A DNA stretch of 64,000 nt, from contig JAAVCC010000011.1 in the NCBI GenBank assembly GCA_014802535.1, forward strand, positions 95,315 to 159,314. Reading direction: 5' to 3'. Source of the stretch: Bacteroides sp. (GTDB taxonomy: Bacteria > Bacteroidota > Bacteroidia > Bacteroidales > Muribaculaceae). Position numbers and translations under genes: made by a program. Below, in pieces: positions 9,227-17,236 of this stretch (positions within the stretch are counted from its first letter, which is position 1; every line of letters begins with the position of its first letter). Under the pieces are notes generated by a model. It was not told the DNA's origin, did no database searches, and was given only the letters and a program-made list of their open reading frames with translations.

Positions 9227-11076
9227 TGCAGCTATTTATAAACAATTTTGAGGTAGTTGTAAACAACAGCCAATCAATAAAACTATTTGTAGAAAATCAA
9301 TATTTCTCACAGGCTGACACTTATACATATGAAGTGTCGATACCGCTCAACTGTTCGCTAAATCGCAGGTTTTTCGGTCATATCAACCGCCGAGATGTCA
9401 AGAAACAGTCTCTTTCATTCCCAGCTAAACTTTACAGTGACGGAAAAATAATTTTAGACGGTAAAGCAAAGGTACTGTCTATCTCTGACAGCGAGATGAA
9501 AGTACAGTTGCTCGGAGCTGCTTCGGCATACGTCAGCAATAACAATGAAAATGAGATCTACATCGATGAATTAGATCTTGGCAATTGGTCTCATTTTAAT
9601 AATTCATCGGAATATTCAGACGTTGTGTTGGAGAATATTCTATCAGGAGAAAAGGAATATGTTATGTACCCAGTCGAGAACTCGACAACGGGCAACGTCC
9701 TGAATTTCTTAGTTTATAAATCTGTCACGTCCGGAGGCACAGACTATCGTCTCGATTATTCAACCTTCAGAAAGAGGTCGAAAGTTGAAGACGATACCGA
9801 CCACCAGTTCCGCGACTCATACCAGCCTATGCTTTGGTATGCAGTGAAATTGATAGCCGAGGCTACCGGGCGCGTGTTGGCGGATGAAGACAACTATTTC
9901 AAAAAAAATATTCTCTTTAAAAGAATATTCATCGCCACTGCCTACTCATCTCAAAACAAATCGGAGGCTTTTCCCCATTGGACCGTAAACGACTGGTGGC
10001 ACAACATTGAACAAGCGTTCGGAGTTGTTGTCGTCATGGACGAGGCAAGCAATAAAATGAAAATTGAGCCTCGAAATAAATATTATAATTCAGCTGCTCG
10101 ATATTATGTTGACAAAGTCGAGGATAGTTTCACGGCTGATCTTGACGATGAAACTACCGCTGACTTATCGATATCAAATGTAGGCTTTGAAGATCACGAC
10201 AGCGACCCTTACGAAATTGTAGATCAAGAAGTCATCAAACAATCGGTAATAGACACTCAATTTGACAACCTGACCGAGCTTGTCGCATGGGCTCAAAGTG
10301 TCCCCGGGAACTATGACGACAATTGTAACAAAATATTCAAGTGCAAAGATGGCCATGAATATATTCTTGCTAAATATATTGAACCCGAGAAACTTCTGAT
10401 TTACGATATCAACCAGTTTGGACCTCGAATAACCGATGACACAAAAGACACGGAACTTCAAATAAAATTTGTGCCTTGCAAAACGGTTGACATCGATGTG
10501 CCGGTCTATCAGCGGTGGACAAAATCGGATGGAAGCGGAGATACTGTAATTCAAATGGACAGCGATCTTGTCGTTCGCGCAATATCTCGTCCTGAACGAG
10601 ACTCGTCAGAACCTTATACAGAGGCTGTCGAAGATTTAATCGAGGGCGGAGCTTCCAATTCCAACGAGTCAAAACCCGACGTCTGCTATATTGCTTTGTT
10701 AGGAGATTATGATACGTATCAGGCAAGGGTGGATAAGAACACTCATACGTTTACATATCCCCAGGCTCACACTCGAGATATTGCCGGCTATAACGTAACA
10801 GACAAACTCGGATCGTTGAAAACAAGCCGATATTCTTTGTCGCTGAAAAATATCCGAGGCGTAAATACGTTATACAGCGAGAGCGTCGAAGACTCTATCA
10901 ATGTAGATGTAAAGGTCAAACAGTGTTTTAAGTTCCTCGCCAATAATATACCAAATCCGGCAAGCGTTTTTGTCATCGAAAACAAAACATACCTGTGTCG
11001 TCAGCTCGAAGTTGATATCACGACTAAAGGTATGTCAAAATTGATAACTGGCTATTTCTATGAGGTAAAGCTATAA
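9223..11076 (+). CDS. Phage tail/baseplate protein (distal-tail position)
   Basis: ORF directly after the tape-measure gene. The ATG at 9223 overlaps the tape-measure stop (ATGA); the ORF track starts it earlier at 9184. Function is inferred from position only. Confidence 0.45.
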   Translation: MMQLFINNFEVVVNNSQSIKLFVENQYFSQADTYTYEVSIPLNCSLNRRFFGHINRRDVKKQSLSFPAKLYSDGKIILDGKAKVLSISDSEMKVQLLGAASAYVSNNNENEIYIDELDLGNWSHFNNSSEYSDVVLENILSGEKEYVMYPVENSTTGNVLNFLVYKSVTSGGTDYRLDYSTFRKRSKVEDDTDHQFRDSYQPMLWYAVKLIAEATGRVLADEDNYFKKNILFKRIFIATAYSSQNKSEAFPHWTVNDWWHNIEQAFGVVVVMDEASNKMKIEPRNKYYNSAARYYVDKVEDSFTADLDDETTADLSISNVGFEDHDSDPYEIVDQEVIKQSVIDTQFDNLTELVAWAQSVPGNYDDNCNKIFKCKDGHEYILAKYIEPEKLLIYDINQFGPRITDDTKDTELQIKFVPCKTVDIDVPVYQRWTKSDGSGDTVIQMDSDLVVRAISRPERDSSEPYTEAVEDLIEGGASNSNESKPDVCYIALLGDYDTYQARVDKNTHTFTYPQAHTRDIAGYNVTDKLGSLKTSRYSLSLKNIRGVNTLYSESVEDSINVDVKVKQCFKFLANNIPNPASVFVIENKTYLCRQLEVDITTKGMSKLITGYFYEVKL

Positions 11077-12222
11077 TTCACCCTTGAAACTTTTTGTTTC
11101 CTTATGCACCGGCATATCTCGCCCCTGCAAATATTTGTTGGTCGTTGTTATGTCGGTGTGTCGCGCTTGGTCTCGCGCAATGACAATTCCCTCGCTATTA
11201 GCAAGGTCGCGTATCCCTGAATCTTTCAGCGAATAGAATTGATAGTCAGAACTCCATCTCAACGCCTTTCTGACTTTCACCCATTGACGTCGGAACATCT
11301 CGCTACTGCCTTTTTTCGGTCCCGGCATTAATTTGTCTCCAAAGAGGTAGTCTGAGTTAGGATTGGAAAGAACTCCTAACTCTATCATAAGCTTCAGAAC
11401 CTCCTTGTTTAATCCTACTTTGCCGTCGCGCTTATTTTTGCTTACCGACGCCGGTATGAATACCGACTGTTCAGAAACACTGATATCCCCAATCTTTATA
11501 TTTGACAGTTCTTCCGGACGAATGAATGTGTAATATTCCATTTGGCACGCGAGAAGAAACATTTTATTTGTTACGATCAAATGGTCGTGTAACTGCTTTA
11601 ACATCTTTTTATCGAGTGGTTGACGCTTTTTCTCATCCTCCGGCACAGGTTTAATCTTCGTTACAGGGTTATCAACAATATAGTTGCGTTCCATAAAGAA
11701 GGATGCGAGAGAGCTGCACCAACCTCTATAGTTATTTCGAGTTCGTCCGGACACCTCACGCTCGAAATATAACCAATCCAAAAAATCTGAGACAAACGAT
11801 GTGTTGTATTGGTAAACGTATCGAGGCGGTATAACCTGCAAGGCTATATATTCTCTCAAGACATTCAAACGGGAATTATAACTGTGTCGAGTCTTTTTCT
11901 TAGGCTGTTTTTCCAAAAAAGCCTCATATTTATGGAGCGCATCCTGCAAAAGTGTATAACCGCGATTGTCATCTACGTTCACCCAGGGCGACCATCCAGA
12001 CCTCAAAAGTTTTGTGATTGATTCTATCATTTCGGCAGCCTGACGACGCCGATCTGAAACTTTGAGGACGTGGTCAAGCATATATTTTTTTCGTTTCATA
12101 GTACCGCTGGCAGGGTCGTAAGCCCTGAAATCGATATACCAGTTTTTTGCCTGATGAAGTCGGGGATATGTGAATTTCAAGACTTCATCTTTAGAGGTGT
12201 AATTTGATCTGAATGCAGACAT
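11071..12222 (-). CDS. Tyrosine-type site-specific integrase (phage integrase)
   Basis: The N-terminal part (KNWYIDFRAYDP) resembles what I recall of integrase N-terminal DNA-binding domains in Bacteroidetes. The C-terminal catalytic region contains ARHTDITTTNKY. It is adjacent to the tRNA 3' end. The start is probably M17 at 12222; the ORF track start is 12270. Confidence 0.9.
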   Translation of the reverse strand: MSAFRSNYTSKDEVLKFTYPRLHQAKNWYIDFRAYDPASGTMKRKKYMLDHVLKVSDRRRQAAEMIESITKLLRSGWSPWVNVDDNRGYTLLQDALHKYEAFLEKQPKKKTRHSYNSRLNVLREYIALQVIPPRYVYQYNTSFVSDFLDWLYFEREVSGRTRNNYRGWCSSLASFFMERNYIVDNPVTKIKPVPEDEKKRQPLDKKMLKQLHDHLIVTNKMFLLACQMEYYTFIRPEELSNIKIGDISVSEQSVFIPASVSKNKRDGKVGLNKEVLKLMIELGVLSNPNSDYLFGDKLMPGPKKGSSEMFRRQWVKVRKALRWSSDYQFYSLKDSGIRDLANSEGIVIARDQARHTDITTTNKYLQGRDMPVHKETKSFKGEL

Positions 12223-12289
12223 TTTTTTTACATTCTTTGGCGGAAGAATGCAACAGTCCGAGATAGGCACCGCCGTGCCGTGAATATTT

Positions 12290-12310
12290 ACGTGTCCGAA
12301 ACGTGTCCGA
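12290..12310. repeat. Tandem direct repeat acgtgtccga-a-acgtgtccga between the integrase start and tRNA-Ser
   Basis: Exact 10-mers at 12290-12299 and 12301-12310. Candidate integrase or excisionase arm-type binding sites, or an int operator. Confidence 0.6.
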
Positions 12311-12365
12311 CCATTTTATCGAAAATCCCCATAACTTTTAGAGTTACAGGGATTTACTATATATT

Positions 12366-12455
12366 TGGCGGAGAGGACGAGATTCGAACTCGTGGTAGGA
12401 TTACTCCTACGTCAGTTTAGCAAACTGGTGGTTTCAGCCACTCACCCACCTCTCC
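12366..12455 (-). tRNA. tRNA-Ser (anticodon GCU), CCA encoded
   Basis: The reverse complement folds as a cloverleaf: acceptor GGAGAGG/CCTCTCC, anticodon loop TTGCTAA, long variable arm (GTAGGAGTAATCCTAC), T-arm ACGAG-TTCGAAT-CTCGT, and a terminal GCCA. Confidence 0.9.
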
Positions 12456-12495
12456 TTTTAATCCTTTTAAATAGTGGGATTCGTTTTTAACGATG

Positions 12496-12503
12496 CAAAA
12501 TTA
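12496..12503 (-). promoter_or_regulatory. -7 box TAatTTTG for tRNA-Ser
   Basis: The reverse complement of caaaatta, about 41 nt upstream of the tRNA 5' end. Confidence 0.45.
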
Positions 12504-12629
12504 GTTGTTTTATTTGAGATAGACAAATGTTTTTTCAGTTTTTTCTGCAAATATGCTTATTTTATCCAACAAATACCTCTATTTTATTCAATGAATACAT
12601 CTATTTTTGAAAAAATAGGCATATATTCC

Positions 12630-13406
12630 TTAATCCAACGTTTGTATTCCCCCGCCGTTAATCATCAGGAATTGACCGCTAACCCATGCTGAAATAGGTG
12701 CTGCAAAATATAATACGGCTCCGGCTATATCGGAGACTTCGCCCAGTCGTTTTATTGGAGTATGAGCCAGCATACGCGATTCAATTTCGGGAGTTAAAAC
12801 GGTAGAAAGTGCATGAGTCTTTGTCGCGCCCGGACCAATACAATTTATACGAATACCCATTGGACCATAGTCAAAGGCAAGATTTGACGACATGTGATTC
12901 AGTGCAGCTTTTGATGAGCCATAAATAGCCATTGCCGGACTGTTATTAACACTTGCCATTGAAGTTATGTTTACGATGCTGCCATATCCCGATTTTTGCA
13001 TATATGGAGCCGCAAGTTTACAAAGTTGCCATGGTGCAAACACATTAATAGCATATATTCGTTCAACATATTTTCGATCGATATTAAACGGATTTTCACG
13101 TCCGCCACCTCCGAGCCCGGCATTATTAACAAGAATATTAACCGTGTCATAGGTCTTAACAGTAAAATCAATCAATTTTGTGAGATCATCTTCATTTAAT
13201 ACATCACAAGCAAACGACGTAGCTTTTCCTCCTTCAGATGTGATTTGTGAAGAGACTGCATTAGCTTTTTCAAGACTAAGATCACTCACGACTACCGAAG
13301 CACCGGCGGCCGCAAGAATTCGACAGGATTCTTTTCCAATGCCGTCACCACCACCGGTTACAACGGCTACCTTACCTGTTAAATCAAACAAATTGTCTAT
13401 TTTCAT
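12630..13406 (-). CDS. hdhA: SDR-family oxidoreductase, 7-alpha-hydroxysteroid dehydrogenase-like
   Basis: TGGGDGIG Rossmann motif, NNAG, catalytic S...YGSSKAA. It appears colinear end to end with E. coli HdhA as I remember it (VVVSD, ITSMA, TPEIE..ML.HTPI.RLG, SWVSGQ....GGG). Substrate specificity is an inference. Confidence 0.65.
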   Translation of the reverse strand: MKIDNLFDLTGKVAVVTGGGDGIGKESCRILAAAGASVVVSDLSLEKANAVSSQITSEGGKATSFACDVLNEDDLTKLIDFTVKTYDTVNILVNNAGLGGGGRENPFNIDRKYVERIYAINVFAPWQLCKLAAPYMQKSGYGSIVNITSMASVNNSPAMAIYGSSKAALNHMSSNLAFDYGPMGIRINCIGPGATKTHALSTVLTPEIESRMLAHTPIKRLGEVSDIAGAVLYFAAPISAWVSGQFLMINGGGIQTLD

Positions 13407-13474
13407 AGTGTAGTGTTTTATGTTATTTTATTATAACGGTCACTACATCATCAATGTTTACAAATTGTATTAAT

Positions 13475-13511
13475 AAAAAACCGACTCCTATATATAATAG
13501 GAATCGGTTTG
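13475..13511 (-). terminator. Rho-independent terminator of the ferredoxin gene
   Basis: On the minus strand: an 11-bp stem ccgattcctat/ataggagtcgg (one G-U pair) followed by a run of U. Confidence 0.65.
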
Positions 13512-13565
13512 ATAAGTTTTATGTAAGGAATTATCCCTTACGATAACTTAAATGTGAAGCTTATA

Positions 13566-13736
13566 TTATTCGCCGGGGATGATAGCTTCGCTGGGGCATA
13601 CAGAAGCGCAAGTACCACAGTCGATGCAAACATCGGGGTTGATAACATAGATATCACCTTCAGAGATAGCCTCTACGGGACATTCGGGAAGGCAAGTGCC
13701 GCAAGCAACACATTTGTCAGTAATAACGTAAGCCAT
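13566..13736 (-). CDS. Small 2x[4Fe-4S] ferredoxin (56 aa), absent from the ORF track because it is below the size cutoff
   Basis: The reverse-strand translation is MAYVITDKCVACGTCLPECPVEAISEGDIYVINPDVCIDCGTCASVCPSEAIIPGE, with two CxxCxxCxxxCP clusters. It has its own -7 box and terminator. Confidence 0.85.
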   Translation of the reverse strand: MAYVITDKCVACGTCLPECPVEAISEGDIYVINPDVCIDCGTCASVCPSEAIIPGE

Positions 13737-13783
13737 AGTTGTCTTTAATTTAGTTTAAATGAATAGTCATTAGTTTACGAGTG

Positions 13784-13791
13784 CAAATGTA
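13784..13791 (-). promoter_or_regulatory. -7 box TAcaTTTG for the ferredoxin gene
   Basis: The reverse complement of caaatgta, 48 nt upstream of the ATG. Confidence 0.45.
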
Positions 13792-13850
13792 CGCCTAATT
13801 TTTGATAATTCCCAAATAAATCACTAAAAATTTACGTTGAATTTTATATT

Positions 13851-14321
13851 TTATTCTACTTCAACCGGAATTGCGAATGATTGTTTGATTAAAGACATGA
13901 CAAACACGCTTTCTATTGAGTCTATATTTGACATTGCTCCAAGGACATTAATAATAAATTCTTGATAGTATTTCATATCGGGAGCATGAATCTTTAACAT
14001 GTAATCGTATGATCCTGAAATGTTATAACACTCTGTTACTTCTGGTATATTCATAATGCGTTGAGTAAATTCGGTTGCCAAATCTTTATTAATTCGGGCA
14101 AGTTTCACATTGCAAAGCACTATAAATCCTCGATTTAGCTTGTCGGCATCAAGGAGCGCTACATATTTTTTTATATATCCTTCATTTTCAAGCCGGCGCA
14201 GTCGTTCATAGACCGGTGTAATTGATAAATGTACCTTTGAAGCAAGTTCTTTATTAGTCAAACGTCCATTTTCTTGCAACAATTTTAATATTTTCAGGTC
14301 GATGTTATCAAGTCGTTCCAT
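13851..14321 (-). CDS. Lrp/AsnC-family transcriptional regulator
   Basis: LDNIDLKILKLLQENGRLTNKELASKVHLSITPVYERLRRLENEGYI plus a C-terminal RAM-like domain. The likely start is MERLD (14321), because the ORF-track GTG start (14396) lies inside the promoter box. Confidence 0.85.
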   Translation of the reverse strand: MERLDNIDLKILKLLQENGRLTNKELASKVHLSITPVYERLRRLENEGYIKKYVALLDADKLNRGFIVLCNVKLARINKDLATEFTQRIMNIPEVTECYNISGSYDYMLKIHAPDMKYYQEFIINVLGAMSNIDSIESVFVMSLIKQSFAIPVEVE

Positions 14322-14395
14322 TTGATACAAGATATTTTTTCGGTTAGAAGGTGTTATTTTTATCTTATATAGATAAATCATATTATTAAACGCCA

Positions 14396-14403
14396 CAAAT
14401 TTA
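14396..14403 (-). promoter_or_regulatory. -7 box TAaaTTTG for the Lrp/AsnC gene
   Basis: The reverse complement of caaattta. Confidence 0.45.
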
Positions 14404-14455
14404 GTAAAATTTTCTATAATTAATCGTTTTTATTGCATAAATTTTTAATCAGGTG

Positions 14456-14463
14456 TAATTTTG
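14456..14463 (+). promoter_or_regulatory. -7 box TAatTTTG for metY
   Basis: Perfect match 36 nt before the ATG at 14499. It is part of a 20-nt element repeated at 15932. Confidence 0.5.
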
Positions 14464-14498
14464 CAAAAAACAAAATTAAAATTTAAAACATTATTATT

Positions 14499-15782
14499 AT
14501 GGCAAAGAAACTTCACTTCGAGACACTTCAACTTCATGTTGGACAAGAGCAAGCAGATCCTACAACCGGAGCGCGTGCCGTTCCTATTTATCAGACTACA
14601 TCATACGTTTTTGCTGACTCTCAAGAAGCCGCCGACCGATTTGCATTGAAGTCACCCGGAAATATATATGGTCGCCTTACCAATCCAACCGAAGATGTAT
14701 TGGAACAACGTATTGCGGCACTTGAAGGTGGATCAGCCGCATTGGCTGTTGCTTCAGGAGCTGCGGCAATCACCTATTCATTTTTAAATATTACACAGCA
14801 AGGCGATCATATCGTTTCAGCAAATAATATTTATGGAGGTTCATACAATCTTCTTGCCAATACTCTCCCAACCTATGGGATAGAAACAACATTTGTTGAT
14901 CCTGACGATGTTGAAAATTTCAGAAAAGCTATTCGTCCAAACACAAAAGCAATTTTTATCGAAACACTTGGCAACCCGAATTGTAGTGTAACAAATATTG
15001 ATGCTGTTGCCAAAATTGCTCATGAACATAAAATTCCGTTGATTATTGATAACACATTCGGAACACCTTATCTTATTCGTCCGATAGAACATGGTGCAGA
15101 CATCGTTGTTCACTCTGCTACAAAATTCATTGGCGGTCATGGCTCATCACTTGGTGGGGTAATCGTTGATTCAGGCAAATTTGACTGGAAAGCGTCAGGT
15201 AAATTCCCGACACTAACCGAACCTGATCCTAACTATCATGGTGCAATTTTCACTGAAGCTGCGCCCGAAGCAGCATTTGTCACCCGTATTCGTGCTGTCA
15301 TTCTTCGCGATACAGGTGCCTGCATCAGTCCGTTTAATGCATTTATCCTTCTTCAAGGACTTGAAACACTGTCTCTTAGAGTAGAACGACACGTTGAAAA
15401 TACACTGAAAATTGTAGAATTTCTGTCAAAACATCCCAAAGTTAAAAAAGTTAATCATCCCTCACTCCCCGAACATCCCGACCATAAACTATACAACGAA
15501 TATTTCCCCAATGGCGCCGGGTCGATTTTCACAATCGAGATTGACGGTGGCATAAAAGATGCTCAAAAATTTATAGATTCATTAAATATATTCTCTCTTC
15601 TTGCCAATGTCGCCGATGTAAAATCGCTCGTAATTCATCCGGCAACTACAACACATAGCCAGCTCACGCCCGAAGAACAGATCGAACAGGGAATTTATCC
15701 GGGTACAGTCAGATTATCGATTGGTACAGAGCATGTTGACGATCTTATCGACGATTTACAACAGGCTCTTGAAAAGATATAA
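14499..15782 (+). CDS. metY: O-acetylhomoserine aminocarboxypropyltransferase (sulfhydrylase), PLP-dependent
   Basis: N-terminus [30 protein letters not shown] and a PLP-lysine motif [11 protein letters not shown]. The length of 427 aa is typical. Confidence 0.88.
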   Translation: MAKKLHFETLQLHVGQEQADPTTGARAVPIYQTTSYVFADSQEAADRFALKSPGNIYGRLTNPTEDVLEQRIAALEGGSAALAVASGAAAITYSFLNITQQGDHIVSANNIYGGSYNLLANTLPTYGIETTFVDPDDVENFRKAIRPNTKAIFIETLGNPNCSVTNIDAVAKIAHEHKIPLIIDNTFGTPYLIRPIEHGADIVVHSATKFIGGHGSSLGGVIVDSGKFDWKASGKFPTLTEPDPNYHGAIFTEAAPEAAFVTRIRAVILRDTGACISPFNAFILLQGLETLSLRVERHVENTLKIVEFLSKHPKVKKVNHPSLPEHPDHKLYNEYFPNGAGSIFTIEIDGGIKDAQKFIDSLNIFSLLANVADVKSLVIHPATTTHSQLTPEEQIEQGIYPGTVRLSIGTEHVDDLIDDLQQALEKI

Positions 15783-15808
15783 TTCAATTTATATCATAAG
15801 GTTTGCAA

Positions 15809-15845
15809 ATGAGGTATGGAAGATGCTTTTCATACCTCATTTTTA
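15809..15845 (+). terminator. Rho-independent terminator after metY
   Basis: A 10-bp stem atgaggtatg/catacctcat followed by TTTTT. Confidence 0.7.
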
Positions 15846-15931
15846 TTATATGTAATATTTAATTATGTAATACTTATCGCTTTTTTTGTTTTGTTATGAA
15901 TCATATTTGTTGCAAAATCGAATATTTTAAT

Positions 15932-15939
15932 TAATTTTG
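15932..15939 (+). promoter_or_regulatory. -7 box TAatTTTG for the lipoprotein gene
   Basis: Perfect match 24 nt before the ATG at 15963. Confidence 0.5.
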
Positions 15940-15962
15940 CAAAAAACAAAAATACGATCTAA

Positions 15963-16919
15963 ATGCGACAACGCACAAGCATATTAACCGCAATTGCCTT
16001 TCTGGGTGTTTACTTTGCAGTTGCATCATGCTCTATGTCGGCAAAAAACAGTTCGACATCTGAGTCAAACGTAGATGTAACAGCCTCGGTAATACCCGAT
16101 TTACAGCTTCCTGATATTCCTCAAAATCTAACTATTCCACAAGAGCGTGCAGCCTATTTACTTGCACATTATTGGGATAATATGAACTGGGCTGATTCAA
16201 TCTTGATTGAAAATGACTATTTCATGGAACAAAACATGTCAACCTATTTTGATTTGTTTAACCATGTATCAAAAAATGAAATTTCGCCGGCTGTTAACCG
16301 TATGATTGAGCAAGCTGCCGTTAATCCTAACGCAATAGAAAAAATATGTTCAATTGCCGATATTTATCTTTACGACACCCAGTCGCCGGTAATGAACGAA
16401 GATTATTACCGCATTATTGTTGAATCTTTATTAAAAAGCAAGAAAACAAGCGACTATCGTACAATAATCTTACAAGCCGTACTCGATGATTTATCAAAAA
16501 ATGCGGTCGGACAAAAGGCATCTTCATTTATAGTTATAACTCGCGATGGTAAAAAGACCGAATTAAAAAAACTTCTCAATCAATCGGGACGTACAATATT
16601 ATTTTTCTATGATCCAGACTGTGAGGATTGCGCAATGGCTGAATCGTTGATGAAGTCAAATGTGGCTCTAAATTCGGCAATTTCATCAGGTGACCTTAAA
16701 GTTGTTGCTATCTGTCCGTTTTCTGTTGATAATAAAGACTGGAAACAACATGCGTCAACCCTTCCTGAAACATGGACAATCGGATATTCACCAAATGGAC
16801 AAGTTGATGAAGAAAGCATTTACGTTTTCCGCTCCTACCCAACGATTTATCTAATTGACAACAACGGTATTGTGCTGTCAAAAGATATAAAATACGAAAC
16901 CCTTAGAGAACAAATTTGA
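15963..16919 (+). CDS. Lipoprotein with an N-terminal DUF5106-like region and a C-terminal thioredoxin/TlpA-like domain
   Basis: Signal peptide with lipobox (AVASCS) and a thioredoxin-like CEDC motif in FFYDPDCEDCAMA. The DUF assignment is from memory. Confidence 0.55.
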   Translation: MRQRTSILTAIAFLGVYFAVASCSMSAKNSSTSESNVDVTASVIPDLQLPDIPQNLTIPQERAAYLLAHYWDNMNWADSILIENDYFMEQNMSTYFDLFNHVSKNEISPAVNRMIEQAAVNPNAIEKICSIADIYLYDTQSPVMNEDYYRIIVESLLKSKKTSDYRTIILQAVLDDLSKNAVGQKASSFIVITRDGKKTELKKLLNQSGRTILFFYDPDCEDCAMAESLMKSNVALNSAISSGDLKVVAICPFSVDNKDWKQHASTLPETWTIGYSPNGQVDEESIYVFRSYPTIYLIDNNGIVLSKDIKYETLREQI

Positions 16920-16942
16920 TTAAAATTCACTTTGATAACAAT

Positions 16943-17218
16943 ATGGATTCAAAAGATTTCGTTAACATATTTGCTAAAAAAAGCGGTCTTGATATCGAGT
17001 CTGCTACCGAAGCTATTGAAGCAATAACTTCTTCATTAACCGATACTCTTGTGTCAATGGATTCAGTAGCAATCCCCTCGTTTGGAACATTTGAATGTGT
17101 AAAGAAAGATGAGTTTATCACACGCGATATCGTAACAAATAAACGCGTGTTATTACCACCATCTATCGAAGTAAAATTCAAACCAGCCACAGCACTGTCA
17201 AATTCTATTAAAGACTAA
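16943..17218 (+). CDS. HU-family DNA-binding protein
   Basis: MDSKDFVNIFAKKSGL...AIPSFGTFE...PPSIEVKFKP matches the HU/IHF fold pattern. The start is probably M10 of the ORF-track ORF. Confidence 0.75.
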   Translation: MDSKDFVNIFAKKSGLDIESATEAIEAITSSLTDTLVSMDSVAIPSFGTFECVKKDEFITRDIVTNKRVLLPPSIEVKFKPATALSNSIKD

Positions 17219-17236
17219 TCGAAGCCCTGTTTTGTT

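Larger units (their letters stand above)
1..12365. mobile_element. Right-hand end of an integrated tailed prophage; it continues beyond the window start and is bounded by an integrase next to tRNA-Ser
   Basis: A co-oriented block of tail fibre, holin, M15 endolysin and tape-measure genes, with a convergent tyrosine integrase about 100 nt from the 3' end of tRNA-Ser. The block looks more GC-rich than the neighbouring host DNA. Confidence 0.8.

Noticed and set aside
12474-12692. 72-aa plus-strand ORF between tRNA-Ser and the SDR gene
   Set aside because: It lies in AT-rich intergenic DNA that contains the tRNA promoter box, overlaps the SDR gene 3' end, and has a hydrophobic low-complexity translation with no motif.
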